A DNA stretch of 57,950 nt, taken from the NCBI GenBank assembly GCA_026225455.1, contig JAMFSV010000090.1:1-57950 (forward strand), read 5' to 3'. Positions 28,710 through 39,139 of the stretch are shown one piece after another; the first letter of the stretch is position 1, and each line of letters starts with the position of its first letter. The DNA is from Burkholderiales bacterium (GTDB lineage: Bacteria; Pseudomonadota; Gammaproteobacteria; Burkholderiales; Burkholderiaceae). The notes beneath the pieces were generated by a model. The model saw only the letters and a program-made list of their open reading frames with translations. It was not told where the DNA came from and made no database searches. Both the position numbers and the translations under genes were made by a program.

Positions 28710-30230
28710 ATGCGTATCGCATCCAGTACGATTTTTGATATCGGTACTTCAGGGGTTCAGTCCCAGTTGTCCCAACTCGCGACCTTGCAGGAAGAGATCT
28801 CCAGCGGTAAAAGCTTGAATGTACCGTCGGATAATCCGCTGGGCGCAGCTCAAGCCGTTACCGCGCAACAGGGCAGCGATGCCAATGTCCAATATGCGAC
28901 GAACCAGACCTCGGCGACCAGCAACCTGCAACTTGAAGACACCACGCTGACCAGTATCAGCACTGTGATCGCCTCGGTCCAGACGCTGTTGACCGAGGCC
29001 GGCAATCCTGGCCTGACGGACCAGGAACGTAGCGTGATCGGCACGCAAATCGCGGCTGCGTCGCAAAGTCTGGTGAGTCTGGGCAATACCACCGATGCCA
29101 ACGGCAATTATCTGTTTGGCGGGTTTCAGGGCACCAGCGCGCCGTTTTCGGTGTCGGCCAACGGTACGGTAACTTATTCGGGCGATGAAGGGCAGCAGTT
29201 GGTACAGGTCAATGCCACGCAAAGTATCGCGGTTTCCGACCCGGGTTCGGCGATATTCCAGAGCGTGCCGACCGGCTCCAGCCCGGGCATCACCTACCCT
29301 GCCTCGACCAATACCGGTACTGCTACGTATAGTGCCGTGTCGATTACCAATTCGGCGTCGACAAGTAATAACGATTCGTACCAGATCACATTTTCGGTGG
29401 CGAACGATCTGACCACCTATACCGTGCTGGATACCACCACCGATACGCAGCTCAATAACGGCGTGCCGCAGAACTATACTTCGGGCACCGCCATCAGCCT
29501 GGGTGGACAGTCGGTGACCTTGACCGGAGTGCCGGCCAATAACGACCAGTTTAATGTGCATCCGGCCCAAAGCACCGGCACCAACACGGTCACCGCGGCA
29601 ACCTCGACCAATACCGGCACCGGTGCGATCAGCCCGGTGACGGTGACCGATCCTCAAGACCCTTCGATTTTTGCGCCCTACTCGGTGGCGTTTTCGGTCG
29701 CCGGCGGGGTGACCTCATACACGGTGACCAATACCGATACCAATGTGTCCGCTGCGCCCGTGGTTTATACCGCGCCCGCGACCGTCGCGCTCGGTACCGG
29801 GGAAACGGTGCAAATCACCGGCGCACCGGCCAACGGCGACACGTTTACCGTGCAGCAGCAAAATGTCGGGGTGAATCTGTTCACCACCCTGTCCAATGTA
29901 GTGGCGGCGCTGAACCAGCCGGGCGGCGGCACGCTCGATGCGGCCAATTTGAGCAATGCGCTGACCACCGCCACGGCGCAAGTCTCGAACGGCCAAAACA
30001 ATGTGCTGACGGTGCGTGCCTTGGTCGGCGCGCGCGAGCAGCAATTGGCCACGCTCAAGACGGATAACAGCACGTCCCAGTTGGGGTTCAGCTCGACCCT
30101 CTCAAACTTGACCGACACCGACATCGTTTCCGCCTATTCCCAGTACACGGAAACCAGCGTCGCGCTGCAGGCCGCGGAGAAAACCTTTGTGCAGACGGAA
30201 AGCCTGACGCTGTTCTCGATTATTCAATAA
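28710..30230 (+). CDS. flgL: Hook-filament junction protein FlgL (506 aa)
   Basis: MRIASS, ISSGKSLNVPSDNP, GNYLFGG, YSGD.G, RALVGAR. Confidence 0.95.
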   Translation: MRIASSTIFDIGTSGVQSQLSQLATLQEEISSGKSLNVPSDNPLGAAQAVTAQQGSDANVQYATNQTSATSNLQLEDTTLTSISTVIASVQTLLTEAGNPGLTDQERSVIGTQIAAASQSLVSLGNTTDANGNYLFGGFQGTSAPFSVSANGTVTYSGDEGQQLVQVNATQSIAVSDPGSAIFQSVPTGSSPGITYPASTNTGTATYSAVSITNSASTSNNDSYQITFSVANDLTTYTVLDTTTDTQLNNGVPQNYTSGTAISLGGQSVTLTGVPANNDQFNVHPAQSTGTNTVTAATSTNTGTGAISPVTVTDPQDPSIFAPYSVAFSVAGGVTSYTVTNTDTNVSAAPVVYTAPATVALGTGETVQITGAPANGDTFTVQQQNVGVNLFTTLSNVVAALNQPGGGTLDAANLSNALTTATAQVSNGQNNVLTVRALVGAREQQLATLKTDNSTSQLGFSSTLSNLTDTDIVSAYSQYTETSVALQAAEKTFVQTESLTLFSIIQ

Positions 30231-30237
30231 CGCGGCG

Positions 30238-30271
30238 GCGCGGCCACGCCTAGCGTGGGACGCGCGCTTTT
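30238..30271 (+). terminator. Putative terminator between convergent flgL and fliR
   Basis: GCGCG..CCACGC-cta-GCGTGG..CGCGC followed by TTTT. Confidence 0.5.
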
Positions 30272-30285
30272 AATCGCCCGCGGCG

Positions 30286-31086
30286 CTAAATATGCTGATA
30301 ACCGCCGAATCCTGCAATCGCGGTGAAGAGGACGTTAAACCCCTCTTCAGTCAATTGCACGATGTAGGGGATGATGTTGGGCAAAGTGAAGTCCAGCATC
30401 AGCACCCCGACCAATAAGGTAATCGCAAAACCCACCTGATATACCCCGATCTGGGGTGCGGCACGGTTCAGGATGCCGACGGAGATGTTCGCCATCAGGA
30501 TCACCGCGACAATCGGCATGCACAGCATCAGGCCGCCGGAAAAGATGGCGCCGCCCCAGGCCGCAATCGTTTCGAAACCATGAGCCTGCAGATTGACTGT
30601 TGAGATCGGCAGGGTGGTGAAGCTTTCCATCAGTGCGCTGATCAAACGCAAATGCCCGTCGATGGCGAGAAATACCAGCGTACAAAAAACATTCAGCAAA
30701 TTCGCCAGCACCAGCGTCTCGCCTCCGACGGCAGTCGGCGTAATCAATTGAGCGAAGCCCAGGCCCATCTGCAAACCGGCAAATTCACCGGCGCCTTCGA
30801 CTGCCGCAAACACGACCTGCATGACCAGGCCCATCGAGGCGCCGATCAGGATTTGCTGGGCGATGATCAGGATCCCGGCGGCCGAGCCGACGTTGACGGC
30901 GGGTAAGGTCCCCAGCAGGGGCGAGATGATTACGGTCAAGATCGCCGCCAGGCCGATTTTGACCGTATTCGGCACGTTCGGTTGATCGAAGATCGGGGCC
31001 GTGCTGATCAAGGCCATGATGCGAATGAACGGCCACAGGAATGCGCCGAGCCACACGTTCAGTTGCTCGGAGGTGAAGGAAATCAT
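30286..31086 (-). CDS. fliR: Export apparatus protein FliR
   Basis: WPFIRIMAL..APIF, GLQMGLGFA, DGHL, LNRAAPQ. Confidence 0.96.
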   Translation of the reverse strand: MISFTSEQLNVWLGAFLWPFIRIMALISTAPIFDQPNVPNTVKIGLAAILTVIISPLLGTLPAVNVGSAAGILIIAQQILIGASMGLVMQVVFAAVEGAGEFAGLQMGLGFAQLITPTAVGGETLVLANLLNVFCTLVFLAIDGHLRLISALMESFTTLPISTVNLQAHGFETIAAWGGAIFSGGLMLCMPIVAVILMANISVGILNRAAPQIGVYQVGFAITLLVGVLMLDFTLPNIIPYIVQLTEEGFNVLFTAIAGFGGYQHI

Positions 31087-31114
31087 GGTTGGGCGGAAGC
31101 GGTGCCGGCGCCGC

Positions 31115-31384
31115 TTAGCCGACCAGGCCCGGGATGCCGTTCAAAATATCCCGCATATAGTCGAGCATGGTCCCGAGCATCCACGGTCCGGCAATCACCA
31201 ACACCGCCAGGATCGCCACCACCTTGGGAATGAAAGTCAGGGTCGCCTCATTGATCTGGGTTGCTGCCTGGAACATGCTGACCAGCAGTCCCACCGCCAG
31301 CGCGACCAGCAGTAGCGGTCCGCAGAGCAGCAGCGCTATCACCATTGCATGGTGAGCCATGGTCAATACGGATTCGGGGCTCAT
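31115..31384 (-). CDS. fliQ: Export apparatus protein FliQ
   Basis: GLLVSMFQAATQINEATLTFIPK. Confidence 0.97.
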   Translation of the reverse strand: MSPESVLTMAHHAMVIALLLCGPLLLVALAVGLLVSMFQAATQINEATLTFIPKVVAILAVLVIAGPWMLGTMLDYMRDILNGIPGLVG

Positions 31385-31408
31385 GGGCGGATCTCGGAGT
31401 GGGCGGAA

Positions 31409-32224
31409 TCAGGTGTAAAAGCTTTGCGCCAGCGAACCCAGCAGCAATTGCCAGCCGTCGACCAGCACAAACAACATCAGCTTGAAAGGCAGCGAAATCG
31501 TCGCGGGCGATAACATCATCATACCCATCGACATCAAGACCACGGCCACCACCAAGTCGATCACCAGGAACGGGATAAAAATGGTGAAGCCGATCTGGAA
31601 GCCGGTTTTCAATTCGCTGGTGACAAAAGCCGGTACCAGCAAGCGCAACGGCACATCTTCCGGGCCGTTCATCGGCGGGGCCTTGGCGATCCGGGCAAAC
31701 AGCGCGAGATCGGACTCGCGGGTCTGCCGCAACATAAACTGCTTGAACGGTTCCACCCCTTTTTCGGCGGCCTGTTCCATGCCGATCGTGCCGTCGGAAA
31801 AAGGCTTGTAGGCCTCGTTGTAGGCGCGGTCGAATACCGGCGACATGATAAAAAAGGTGAGGAATAGCGCGAGTCCGATCAGCACCTGATTGGGCGGCGT
31901 CGATTGCAAGCCCATCGCCTGCCGCAACAGGCTCAGCACGATGATGATGCGAGTGAAGCTGGTCATCATCAACAGCAGGGCCGGGAGAAACGACAGCATC
32001 GTCAGCATCAGCAAGGTCTGGATGCTTAACGAATAGGAGGTGCTGCCGTTGACGCCGGGGGTGGTGCTGAAGGCGGGCAAGCCGGGAAGCTGGGTCGAAG
32101 CCTGGGCCCAGCCGAGTGCCGGAACCGCCAGCAAGAGCAAGCAGCCTAACCAGGGAGCCAGCCGGATTGCGCGCGGCGAGAATAAAAACTTTTTGAGCAT
32201 AGTGAAACCGCAGCCTGCCCGCAT
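31409..32224 (-). CDS. fliP: Export apparatus protein FliP
   Basis: [46 protein letters not shown]; start 32224 (coupled to the fliO stop) or 32200. Confidence 0.97.
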   Translation of the reverse strand: MRAGCGFTMLKKFLFSPRAIRLAPWLGCLLLLAVPALGWAQASTQLPGLPAFSTTPGVNGSTSYSLSIQTLLMLTMLSFLPALLLMMTSFTRIIIVLSLLRQAMGLQSTPPNQVLIGLALFLTFFIMSPVFDRAYNEAYKPFSDGTIGMEQAAEKGVEPFKQFMLRQTRESDLALFARIAKAPPMNGPEDVPLRLLVPAFVTSELKTGFQIGFTIFIPFLVIDLVVAVVLMSMGMMMLSPATISLPFKLMLFVLVDGWQLLLGSLAQSFYT

Positions 32225-32805
32225 CAACGCATCCCGCGACCGGGGGGACTGTCAGGCCGTTTTATCGATGGAGTGGATTTTGCGCCAAAGCGGCGTACCA
32301 GGGAATCGCGCAGGCGATCGGCAAACGGCACGGCTGTCGCGCTTTCGGCTGGATCGTCGAGGTCGTCGATTTCGGCCGGCAGCGCGTGCAACATGCTGAT
32401 GTTCCCCGGCGCCACGCCCAGCACCAGCCAAGTGCCTTGCACTTCGACCACCACCACGCGTTCTTTGGGGGTCAGCATGACACCGCCGACGACTTTAACC
32501 GCGCTCCCCAGGCGAGGCGCCTGCAGCCCGAAGCGGCGCGCGAACCAGGCACACGCCATCACCAGGGCCAGCACCGCGGCCAGACCGAGCAGCGCTTGCA
32601 AGATGCCGGCCAGACCGAGCGAGGGGATCGACGTCCCGGCGCCGACCGTGGGCGCCACCAGGGTGCCGCTGGCAACCCGCGGTTCGGCCGCCAGCACCAG
32701 GTTCGATGCCGCCAGTGCCAAGGCCGACATGCCGGCCCGGCAGAGCAATCCGTGGACGCGATGAGCGGGGCTGCGCGTGCAACTCAGACCGCCTTGCCAG
32801 CTCAT
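32224..32805 (-). CDS. fliO: FliO
   Basis: TM helix then [26 protein letters not shown]; lies between fliN and fliP. Confidence 0.92.
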   Translation of the reverse strand: MSWQGGLSCTRSPAHRVHGLLCRAGMSALALAASNLVLAAEPRVASGTLVAPTVGAGTSIPSLGLAGILQALLGLAAVLALVMACAWFARRFGLQAPRLGSAVKVVGGVMLTPKERVVVVEVQGTWLVLGVAPGNISMLHALPAEIDDLDDPAESATAVPFADRLRDSLVRRFGAKSTPSIKRPDSPPGRGMR

Positions 32806-33200
32806 CGATTCAGTTTCCGGATGCGTTCCGACGGCGTGATGATATCGGTCAGTCGAATCCCGAACTTGTCGTTCACCACCACCACTTCGCCTTGCGCAAT
32901 CAGGCAGCCGTTGACCAACACGTCCATCGGCTCGCCGGCGAGACCATCGAGCTCGACCACTGAACCCTGGGCCAATTGCAGCAAATTCTTGATCGCAATC
33001 TTGGTCCGCCCAAGTTCAACCGTCAGTTGCACCGGAATATCGAGGATCAAATCGATATCGTTATGCGTACTGGTCGGTGTCGCACCGGTGAGCGGCTGAA
33101 ATGCGGTCGCGGCGGGGGCTTCCTGGGTCGTCGTCGCGGTCTGTTCCGCTAGCGCGCTAGCCCAGTCGTCGAGCCCAGTTTCTGTATTGACATCACTCAT
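32802..33200 (-). CDS. fliN: C-ring protein FliN
   Basis: DDWASALAEQ, IDLILDIPVQLTVELGRT, GEVVVVNDKFGIR. Confidence 0.97.
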   Translation of the reverse strand: MSDVNTETGLDDWASALAEQTATTTQEAPAATAFQPLTGATPTSTHNDIDLILDIPVQLTVELGRTKIAIKNLLQLAQGSVVELDGLAGEPMDVLVNGCLIAQGEVVVVNDKFGIRLTDIITPSERIRKLNR

Positions 33201-33229
33201 CGAAAGCTTCCTTGTTCAAGGTATCGGCG

Positions 33230-34228
33230 CTACTCGGCAGTCCCGTCCCGATTGCCATCGGCCGCACTGATCATGCGCTGCACACGCAATGCGTACTGGC
33301 CATTGAAAGTCCCATAACCACATTCCAGCACTGGGACGCCATCAATCTTTGCTGTCACTATTTCCGGCATATTGAGCGGTATGACATCACCGACCTGAAA
33401 ATTCAAAATCTTGCGGAAATTGGTCGAAATCTCGGCCAGGTCGACTTGAAGCTGGACCTCGGCCGTCTGCACCTGCTGCGACAGCATGCGGATCCAGCGC
33501 TTGTCGACTTCCAGCGCTTCGCCTTGCAGGGGGCTTGAAAGCAGGTCCCTGACCGGCTCGATCATCGAGTACGGAGTACATATGTTCAACTGGCCGCCGA
33601 TCGCACCCAGTTCGATGGTGAAGGTGGTAACCACCACCACTTCATTGGGGGTTGCCACATTGGCGAATTGCGTGTGCATCTCGGCGCGCACATATTCCGG
33701 TTCGATCGGATACACCGGTTTCCACGATGCTTTGTAATGCTCGAACACCAGATTGAGCAGGCGCAAAATAATGCGTTGCTCGGTCGGGGTGAAGTCGCGT
33801 CCTTCAACCCGCGAATGAAAACGGCCGTCGCCGCCGAACAGGTTGTCCACCACCAGAAACACCAGGTTCGGATCGAACACGAACAAGGCGGTGCCGCGCA
33901 GCGGTTTGATATGCACCAGATTCAAGTTGGTCGGGACCGGCAGGTTGCGAATGAATTCGCTATATTTCTGCACCTTGACCGGACCCACCGAGATTTCGGC
34001 GGTGCGCCGCATAAAGCCGAACAAGCCCGCGCGCAACAGGCGCGCGAACCGCTCGTTGATAATTTCCAGCGTGGGCATGCGCCCACGCACGATGCGCTCT
34101 TGAGTTCCGATGTTGTACGTGCGGATGCCGCCCTGGTCGAGTGTTTCGACCGCGGCATCTTGCTCGCCGGTGACGCCCTTAAGTAGGGCGTCTACCTCTT
34201 CTTGTGATAGGAACTCTTCGTGCGACAT
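33230..34228 (-). CDS. fliM: C-ring switch protein FliM
   Basis: LSQEEVDALL CheY-binding motif, GGDG, RDFTPTEQR. Confidence 0.97.
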   Translation of the reverse strand: MSHEEFLSQEEVDALLKGVTGEQDAAVETLDQGGIRTYNIGTQERIVRGRMPTLEIINERFARLLRAGLFGFMRRTAEISVGPVKVQKYSEFIRNLPVPTNLNLVHIKPLRGTALFVFDPNLVFLVVDNLFGGDGRFHSRVEGRDFTPTEQRIILRLLNLVFEHYKASWKPVYPIEPEYVRAEMHTQFANVATPNEVVVVTTFTIELGAIGGQLNICTPYSMIEPVRDLLSSPLQGEALEVDKRWIRMLSQQVQTAEVQLQVDLAEISTNFRKILNFQVGDVIPLNMPEIVTAKIDGVPVLECGYGTFNGQYALRVQRMISAADGNRDGTAE

Positions 34229-34235
34229 GATCCGC

Positions 34236-34748
34236 TCACTGAACCACGAAGTCGGTAAACAGAACCTCTTCGACGTTGTTTGACGGGCCCCCGGCGCTAA
34301 ACGGCAAGGCGATCTGCGTCTGGATTTCTTTGATCAACGCCGTTTTGCCTTCAGGCGTCGCCAAATCGGCCGGATGTTTGTTCGACAGTAACAGCAGAAT
34401 CCGGCTACGAATCTCGGGCATATGCTCTTTCAGTTGATCTGCAGTTTTCGGATCGGTGAGCTTCAGGGTGAGTCCAATATGCAAATAACGCTCGCCATCA
34501 TCCGATTGCAAATTGACGGTGAACGGATCAATCGCAAAAAACACCGGCGGCGCTTGCGGGACCGCAGCCACAGTTCCCGTTGTTGCCGCCTTCGGCGCCT
34601 GCCTGAGGATCAGGAAATAATATGCTGCGCCTCCAATTGCAATCAGCAGCAACAAGGCCACGAACGCAATGATGATTATTTTCAGCGCGCTACCCCGACG
34701 GACTGGGGGGGCTTGTGGTGCTGCTTGTGGAGTCGCACTGGTTGCCAT
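34236..34748 (-). CDS. fliL: FliL
   Basis: N-terminal TM, PFTVNL, PEIRSRILLLLS, VLFTDFVVQ. Confidence 0.95.
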   Translation of the reverse strand: MATSATPQAAPQAPPVRRGSALKIIIIAFVALLLLIAIGGAAYYFLILRQAPKAATTGTVAAVPQAPPVFFAIDPFTVNLQSDDGERYLHIGLTLKLTDPKTADQLKEHMPEIRSRILLLLSNKHPADLATPEGKTALIKEIQTQIALPFSAGGPSNNVEEVLFTDFVVQ

Positions 34749-35096
34749 GTTGATACCTCTATCCTCTAGGGTGAATTTTCGCTAAAAAATGAACGTCGTG
34801 ATTGCTCAAACAGAAGGGTTAATCTGAGCTAACTCGTTTATTTATGCGTTTTAGGGGCTTTTCGAGAGAAACCGCCGGCTCAACGAAGCAAGTTTGGGCG
34901 TCTGTCACGAGAAATGCAACTCAAGCCCCTGCACGTGTTAACGGGCGAACCCGGCCAGCCTTGAGTCGTGGACGCGAATAATTATTGTGGTACGACCGCC
35001 GGGTGTGGATTGCAGTCGAATGTGGTCTGACGCTGGGGATCGATCTGAGAGGGGGCGCGTAGCGTGTCGCTTTGACCACAGCACATCGCAAAACGC

Positions 35097-35119
35097 GCTC
35101 GACCGGCAAGCGGTCGAGC
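35097..35119 (-). terminator. Hairpin downstream of fliK
   Basis: GCTCGACCG-gcaag-CGGTCGAGC perfect 9-bp stem; GCGTTTT follows on the minus strand. Confidence 0.5.
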
Positions 35120-35133
35120 TATTTCGTGCCAGG

Positions 35134-35169
35134 CAGGCGATTCACAAACAGGCGATTCACAAACAGGCG
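35134..35169. repeat. 15-bp tandem direct repeat (2.4 copies)
   Basis: caggcgattcacaaa x2 plus caggcg. Confidence 0.85.
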
Positions 35170-35185
35170 CTTTAACCTGTCCGGC

Positions 35186-36748
35186 TTAGACAAAAGTATC
35201 AACGATACCGTCCGGCGCGCGGGTGACCGTGCTGGCGGTTGTGGTTACGCTGGCAGCGGCATTGCTGTTGTTGTCCCCACCGCCCGAGCGGCGCTTGCCG
35301 CCGCCATTTTGAGACGAGGAGGCGTTGTTGGACGAACCATCGCTGACGCTGGCGCTACCCAAACCCATCCCGCCGGCGGCGAGCTGATCGCGTAATTTCG
35401 GCAGGGCCTGCTCGACGGCATCGCGCACTTGTTGATGCTCGGAAACAAAAACGGCGTGCGCATGCGAGCCCGAGACTTGCAACACCACTTGCAGCGGACC
35501 CAGATCAGGCGGGTTCAAACTCAATTGCGCGGTTTGCTGGTGCGCATTACTCATAAATACCACTTTATTGCTAAAGTCCGTCGCCCAATTGGGGCTGCCT
35601 ACCGGGGTGTTCACCTGCAAGGTCGCGGTGGCCGCGGCTCCTGCGCTGACCGCTTGCGGACTGACACCCGCCGCAGCCGCGGCGGCCGCAGCCGCGGGTT
35701 GGGTCGCGGCGGCGGCATTGGATTGCGCGGTGGCTACCTGAGACGCCAGGGCTGCCAGCGCATCCTGGTTCACCGCCTGTGCATCGGTTTGCCCGGCGCT
35801 CACGGCGGTGGCCGGATCGGGAGAGGTGCTGGTCGCGGTGGTGGGCGAGGCGGCATTCGCTTGCGCCGCGGTAGCGCTTTTGGCATTGGTGCCGCCGGAT
35901 GGGTCGGCGGTGGTGCCCAGCGGGGTTTTTGAGTTCAGGCCCAGGCCCAAGCCCTTCGTCAGCGAGTTGCTGGGCACGGCGGCGGCACTTGCATTGGCTG
36001 CCTGGTTTGCCAGCATCGCCTGATTTGCTGTGGCGTTGGTGATACTGGCGGCACTGCTTGCGGCGACGGTGGTGCCGGCGCTGCTATTCTTGCCGGTCGC
36101 GGTGGCAGTGGTGACCGGCGTGCGTGCGGCAACGGCGGCCGCATTGCCCGAGGCAGCCATCGCGGCGGCGGTAGCGGCTGCCGTCGCGGTGGCGTTGGCG
36201 GCGGCGCTTGACGCGGTTGCCGCAGTTTGGGCCGCGCTTTGCGTGGCCGCCTGTTGACTGGCGGCGGCACTACTGGCGGAGCTGCTGGCGTCGCTTGAGC
36301 TTGCCGTGGAGCTTGAGCTCGGACTTGAATGCGAACTTGCCCCGGCGGCGCTCGCCTGCGTGCTATCGGTAGTCGAACTATGCGCCTGAGCCGCTGCTTG
36401 GGCGGCGTTTTGCGCGGCCAAGGTTGCATGCTGGCTCGCCGTATTGGCTTGAGCCGCGGCATTGGCCGCCGCGGCCGCTTGCTCGGCTGCCTGTTGCGCC
36501 TGTTGGGCCGCGCGCGCGGCTTGCTGGGCCGCATTTTGCGCATTTTGTGCCGCGGTCTGCGCCTGTTGTGCCTGCTGCGCTTGCTGTGCAGCCTCGGTGG
36601 CGGCCTGCTGAGCCGCGCTTTGTTGCGCGTCCAGGGTATTTTGCAAGGTTTGGCCGAAGCTGGGCGCGCCGGTGGTCGACTGCAAACTGGTGGCGCTGTC
36701 CGGAGTAAACGCGGTAGCCAGACTGTTCAGTGCATTAGTCGTTTGCAT
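35186..36748 (-). CDS. fliK: Hook-length control protein FliK
   Basis: Low-complexity N-part; C-terminal T3S4 domain AQLSLNPPDLGPLQV...VRDAVEQALPKLR; follows fliJ. Confidence 0.94.
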   Translation of the reverse strand: MQTTNALNSLATAFTPDSATSLQSTTGAPSFGQTLQNTLDAQQSAAQQAATEAAQQAQQAQQAQTAAQNAQNAAQQAARAAQQAQQAAEQAAAAANAAAQANTASQHATLAAQNAAQAAAQAHSSTTDSTQASAAGASSHSSPSSSSTASSSDASSSASSAAASQQAATQSAAQTAATASSAAANATATAAATAAAMAASGNAAAVAARTPVTTATATGKNSSAGTTVAASSAASITNATANQAMLANQAANASAAAVPSNSLTKGLGLGLNSKTPLGTTADPSGGTNAKSATAAQANAASPTTATSTSPDPATAVSAGQTDAQAVNQDALAALASQVATAQSNAAAATQPAAAAAAAAAGVSPQAVSAGAAATATLQVNTPVGSPNWATDFSNKVVFMSNAHQQTAQLSLNPPDLGPLQVVLQVSGSHAHAVFVSEHQQVRDAVEQALPKLRDQLAAGGMGLGSASVSDGSSNNASSSQNGGGKRRSGGGDNNSNAAASVTTTASTVTRAPDGIVDTFV

Positions 36749-36774
36749 GGTGAAATCCTAAACGTCGAGATAAA

Positions 36775-37230
36775 TTATTCAAAATTAAGGTCCGCGCGCG
36801 CACGCAGTGATTTTGCCGCAAATTCATCGGATTCGCGCTGTTCAAGGCGTGACACGCGTACGTCTTCCCGCTGTTGCGCCCGGCTTTGCAGGGTTTCGAA
36901 AGAACTCAGTTTTTGCTTTTTTAACTGCCATTCGAGCTTGCTCGCGGTAAGGCGTGTGTCGGTTGCATCGATCGCGCTGCGTTGCTGGTTCATGGCGAAA
37001 TCCAGGGTATCGATGAACTGCTGGAAGTTGCGCCAGTTGGACGCTTCCATGCCTCCCAGCGAATCACTGGCCAAGCGTTTACGGTATTCGTCCCGATATT
37101 GAGTCAGCGCGTCGAGCTGGCGCTGGGCCTCATTGCGTTGCTGCTGCAGCGCGCCAAGCCTGCGCGTAGCCTCGTCGACCTCGCCTTGGGCCAGGTCGAT
37201 CAGCATTTTTAGCGGCAAGGTCTGCTTCAT
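36775..37230 (-). CDS. fliJ: Export protein FliJ
   Basis: QLDALTQYRDEY, NFQQFIDTLD, EQRESDEFAA. Confidence 0.95.
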   Translation of the reverse strand: MKQTLPLKMLIDLAQGEVDEATRRLGALQQQRNEAQRQLDALTQYRDEYRKRLASDSLGGMEASNWRNFQQFIDTLDFAMNQQRSAIDATDTRLTASKLEWQLKKQKLSSFETLQSRAQQREDVRVSRLEQRESDEFAAKSLRARADLNFE

Positions 37231-37261
37231 CGGCGCTTTCTCTAAAATTGACCGGCCTGGC

Positions 37262-39139
37262 TCAGCGGACCAGCGCGGTCAGTTGCGCGACGCTGGTGCC
37301 ATAATCGCACTGTTCATTCATCCGTTGTTGCAAAAACGATTCGATGCGCGGATACAACGAAATGGCGCGATCAAGCAAAGGATCGCGGCCCGAGGCATAA
37401 GCCCCTACGTTAATCAGGTCGCGGTTGCGCTGATAGCGCGACAACATTTGCTTGAGCTGCCGCACCGCATCGAACTGCGCATCCGTGATCAGCGACGCCA
37501 TGGCTCGGCTGATCGAGGCTTCGATGTCGATCGCCGGATAATGGCCGGACTCACCCAGTGCGCGGGATAAGACGATATGGCCGTCCAGAATGGCGCGCGC
37601 CGCATCGGCGATCGGATCCTGCTGATCGTCGCCTTCGGTTAACACAGTATAGAACGCTGTGATAGAACCGCCACCTGCTTCGCCGTTCCCCGCGCGTTCC
37701 ACCAACATCGGCAATTTTGCAAAAACCGACGGCGGATAGCCTTTGGTTGCGGGCGGCTCGCCGATGGCCAGCGCGATTTCGCGTTGCGCCATGGCATAAC
37801 GGGTCAGCGAATCCATGATCAGCAAGACGTTTTTGCCGTCGTCGCGAAAGGCTTCGGCCAGCGAGGTGGCGTACGCCGCACCCTGCATCCGCATCAACGG
37901 TGAGACATCGGCCGGGGCCGCCACCACTACGGCGCGAGCCAAACCTTCCTGCCCCAGAATCTGTTCGATGAACTCTTTGACTTCGCGGCCGCGTTCGCCG
38001 ATCAGGCCGACCACAATCACGTCGGCGCTGGTGTAGCGCGCCATCATGCCCAGCAACACCGATTTACCCACACCGGACCCGGCAAACAAACCCATCCGCT
38101 GGCCGCGGCCGACGGTCAGCACCGCGTTGATGGCGCGTACGCCGACGTCAAGCACGGCGTGGATCGGATCGCGCAACAGCGGGTTGATGGTCGGTGCCGA
38201 AAGCGGACCGTCGCGTTGGGTATTCAATGGGCCCAGGCCGTCCAGCGGGCGTCCGCAGGCATCGACCACGCGTCCCAGCATGCCGATTCCGACCGGCAGG
38301 CGTTTGGCGCCCGCATAGGCATTACGTATCGGCGATGCCTCCAGCGGATAGACGCGGGCGCCCGGCAGCAGGCCCGAGACTTCGGTGGTGGGCATCAGAA
38401 ACAGACGTTCCCCGGAAAATCCGACCACTTCGGCCTCGGCGAGCGGCGCTGAATTCCCTGGCGGCAACTCGATCAGGCAACCCGCCCCCACCGGCAGGCG
38501 AATCCCGATGGCTTCGAGCACCAGGCCGGCAGCCCGTGTCAGCCGGCCGCACGAACGGGTTGCCTTGACTTGGGCGACGCCCTGTTCCGCATCTTCCAGC
38601 AATGCGTGCCAGCGATTTAAATGAAGATTATCGGCCAGCGCCGGATCGGGTTGGGGAAAAGCCGGTTTGGTCTCGGACGAGGCCGGCATGGCGCCGTCGC
38701 CGTGCGCTGCTGAGCCGGGCTGCGTCGCGTCAAGCTCGGGATCGTCAGCAAGGTCGTCCGCGGCGGCGATAAGCTCTTCGGGAAAGTCTTCCGGCCATTC
38801 TCCTGGGACATCGCCGAGGATTTCGGGCGGGGCCGTGGCGGGCGCGGCCGGTGTTGCCGCAGGCGCGGCGGCAGCTAAAGCGTCGACGGAGTCCGGGTCG
38901 GCTTCGATTTCCGGCGCGGTTTCACGCATCGGGCCGGTCTCGTCGTCGAGTTCGGCTTCGAGTTCGGCAACGGTGCGGCTCTGCGGGCTATGTTGTTTGG
39001 CCAGCAAGGTCCATCGATCGAGATCGTCAGCCAGTTCGTCGACCGCATCGCGTTTGGCCAGTGGCTCGACAGCAGCGGACGCCGCGGCCGATTCGGCCTG
39101 CTCGGCAAGTTCATCATCGAGGGACGAGGGCGCTACCAT
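37262..39139 (-). CDS. fliI: Flagellar export ATPase FliI (acidic N-terminal extension)
   Basis: [40 protein letters not shown]; start placed at the ATG overlapping the fliH stop. Confidence 0.96.
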   Translation of the reverse strand: MVAPSSLDDELAEQAESAAASAAVEPLAKRDAVDELADDLDRWTLLAKQHSPQSRTVAELEAELDDETGPMRETAPEIEADPDSVDALAAAAPAATPAAPATAPPEILGDVPGEWPEDFPEELIAAADDLADDPELDATQPGSAAHGDGAMPASSETKPAFPQPDPALADNLHLNRWHALLEDAEQGVAQVKATRSCGRLTRAAGLVLEAIGIRLPVGAGCLIELPPGNSAPLAEAEVVGFSGERLFLMPTTEVSGLLPGARVYPLEASPIRNAYAGAKRLPVGIGMLGRVVDACGRPLDGLGPLNTQRDGPLSAPTINPLLRDPIHAVLDVGVRAINAVLTVGRGQRMGLFAGSGVGKSVLLGMMARYTSADVIVVGLIGERGREVKEFIEQILGQEGLARAVVVAAPADVSPLMRMQGAAYATSLAEAFRDDGKNVLLIMDSLTRYAMAQREIALAIGEPPATKGYPPSVFAKLPMLVERAGNGEAGGGSITAFYTVLTEGDDQQDPIADAARAILDGHIVLSRALGESGHYPAIDIEASISRAMASLITDAQFDAVRQLKQMLSRYQRNRDLINVGAYASGRDPLLDRAISLYPRIESFLQQRMNEQCDYGTSVAQLTALVR

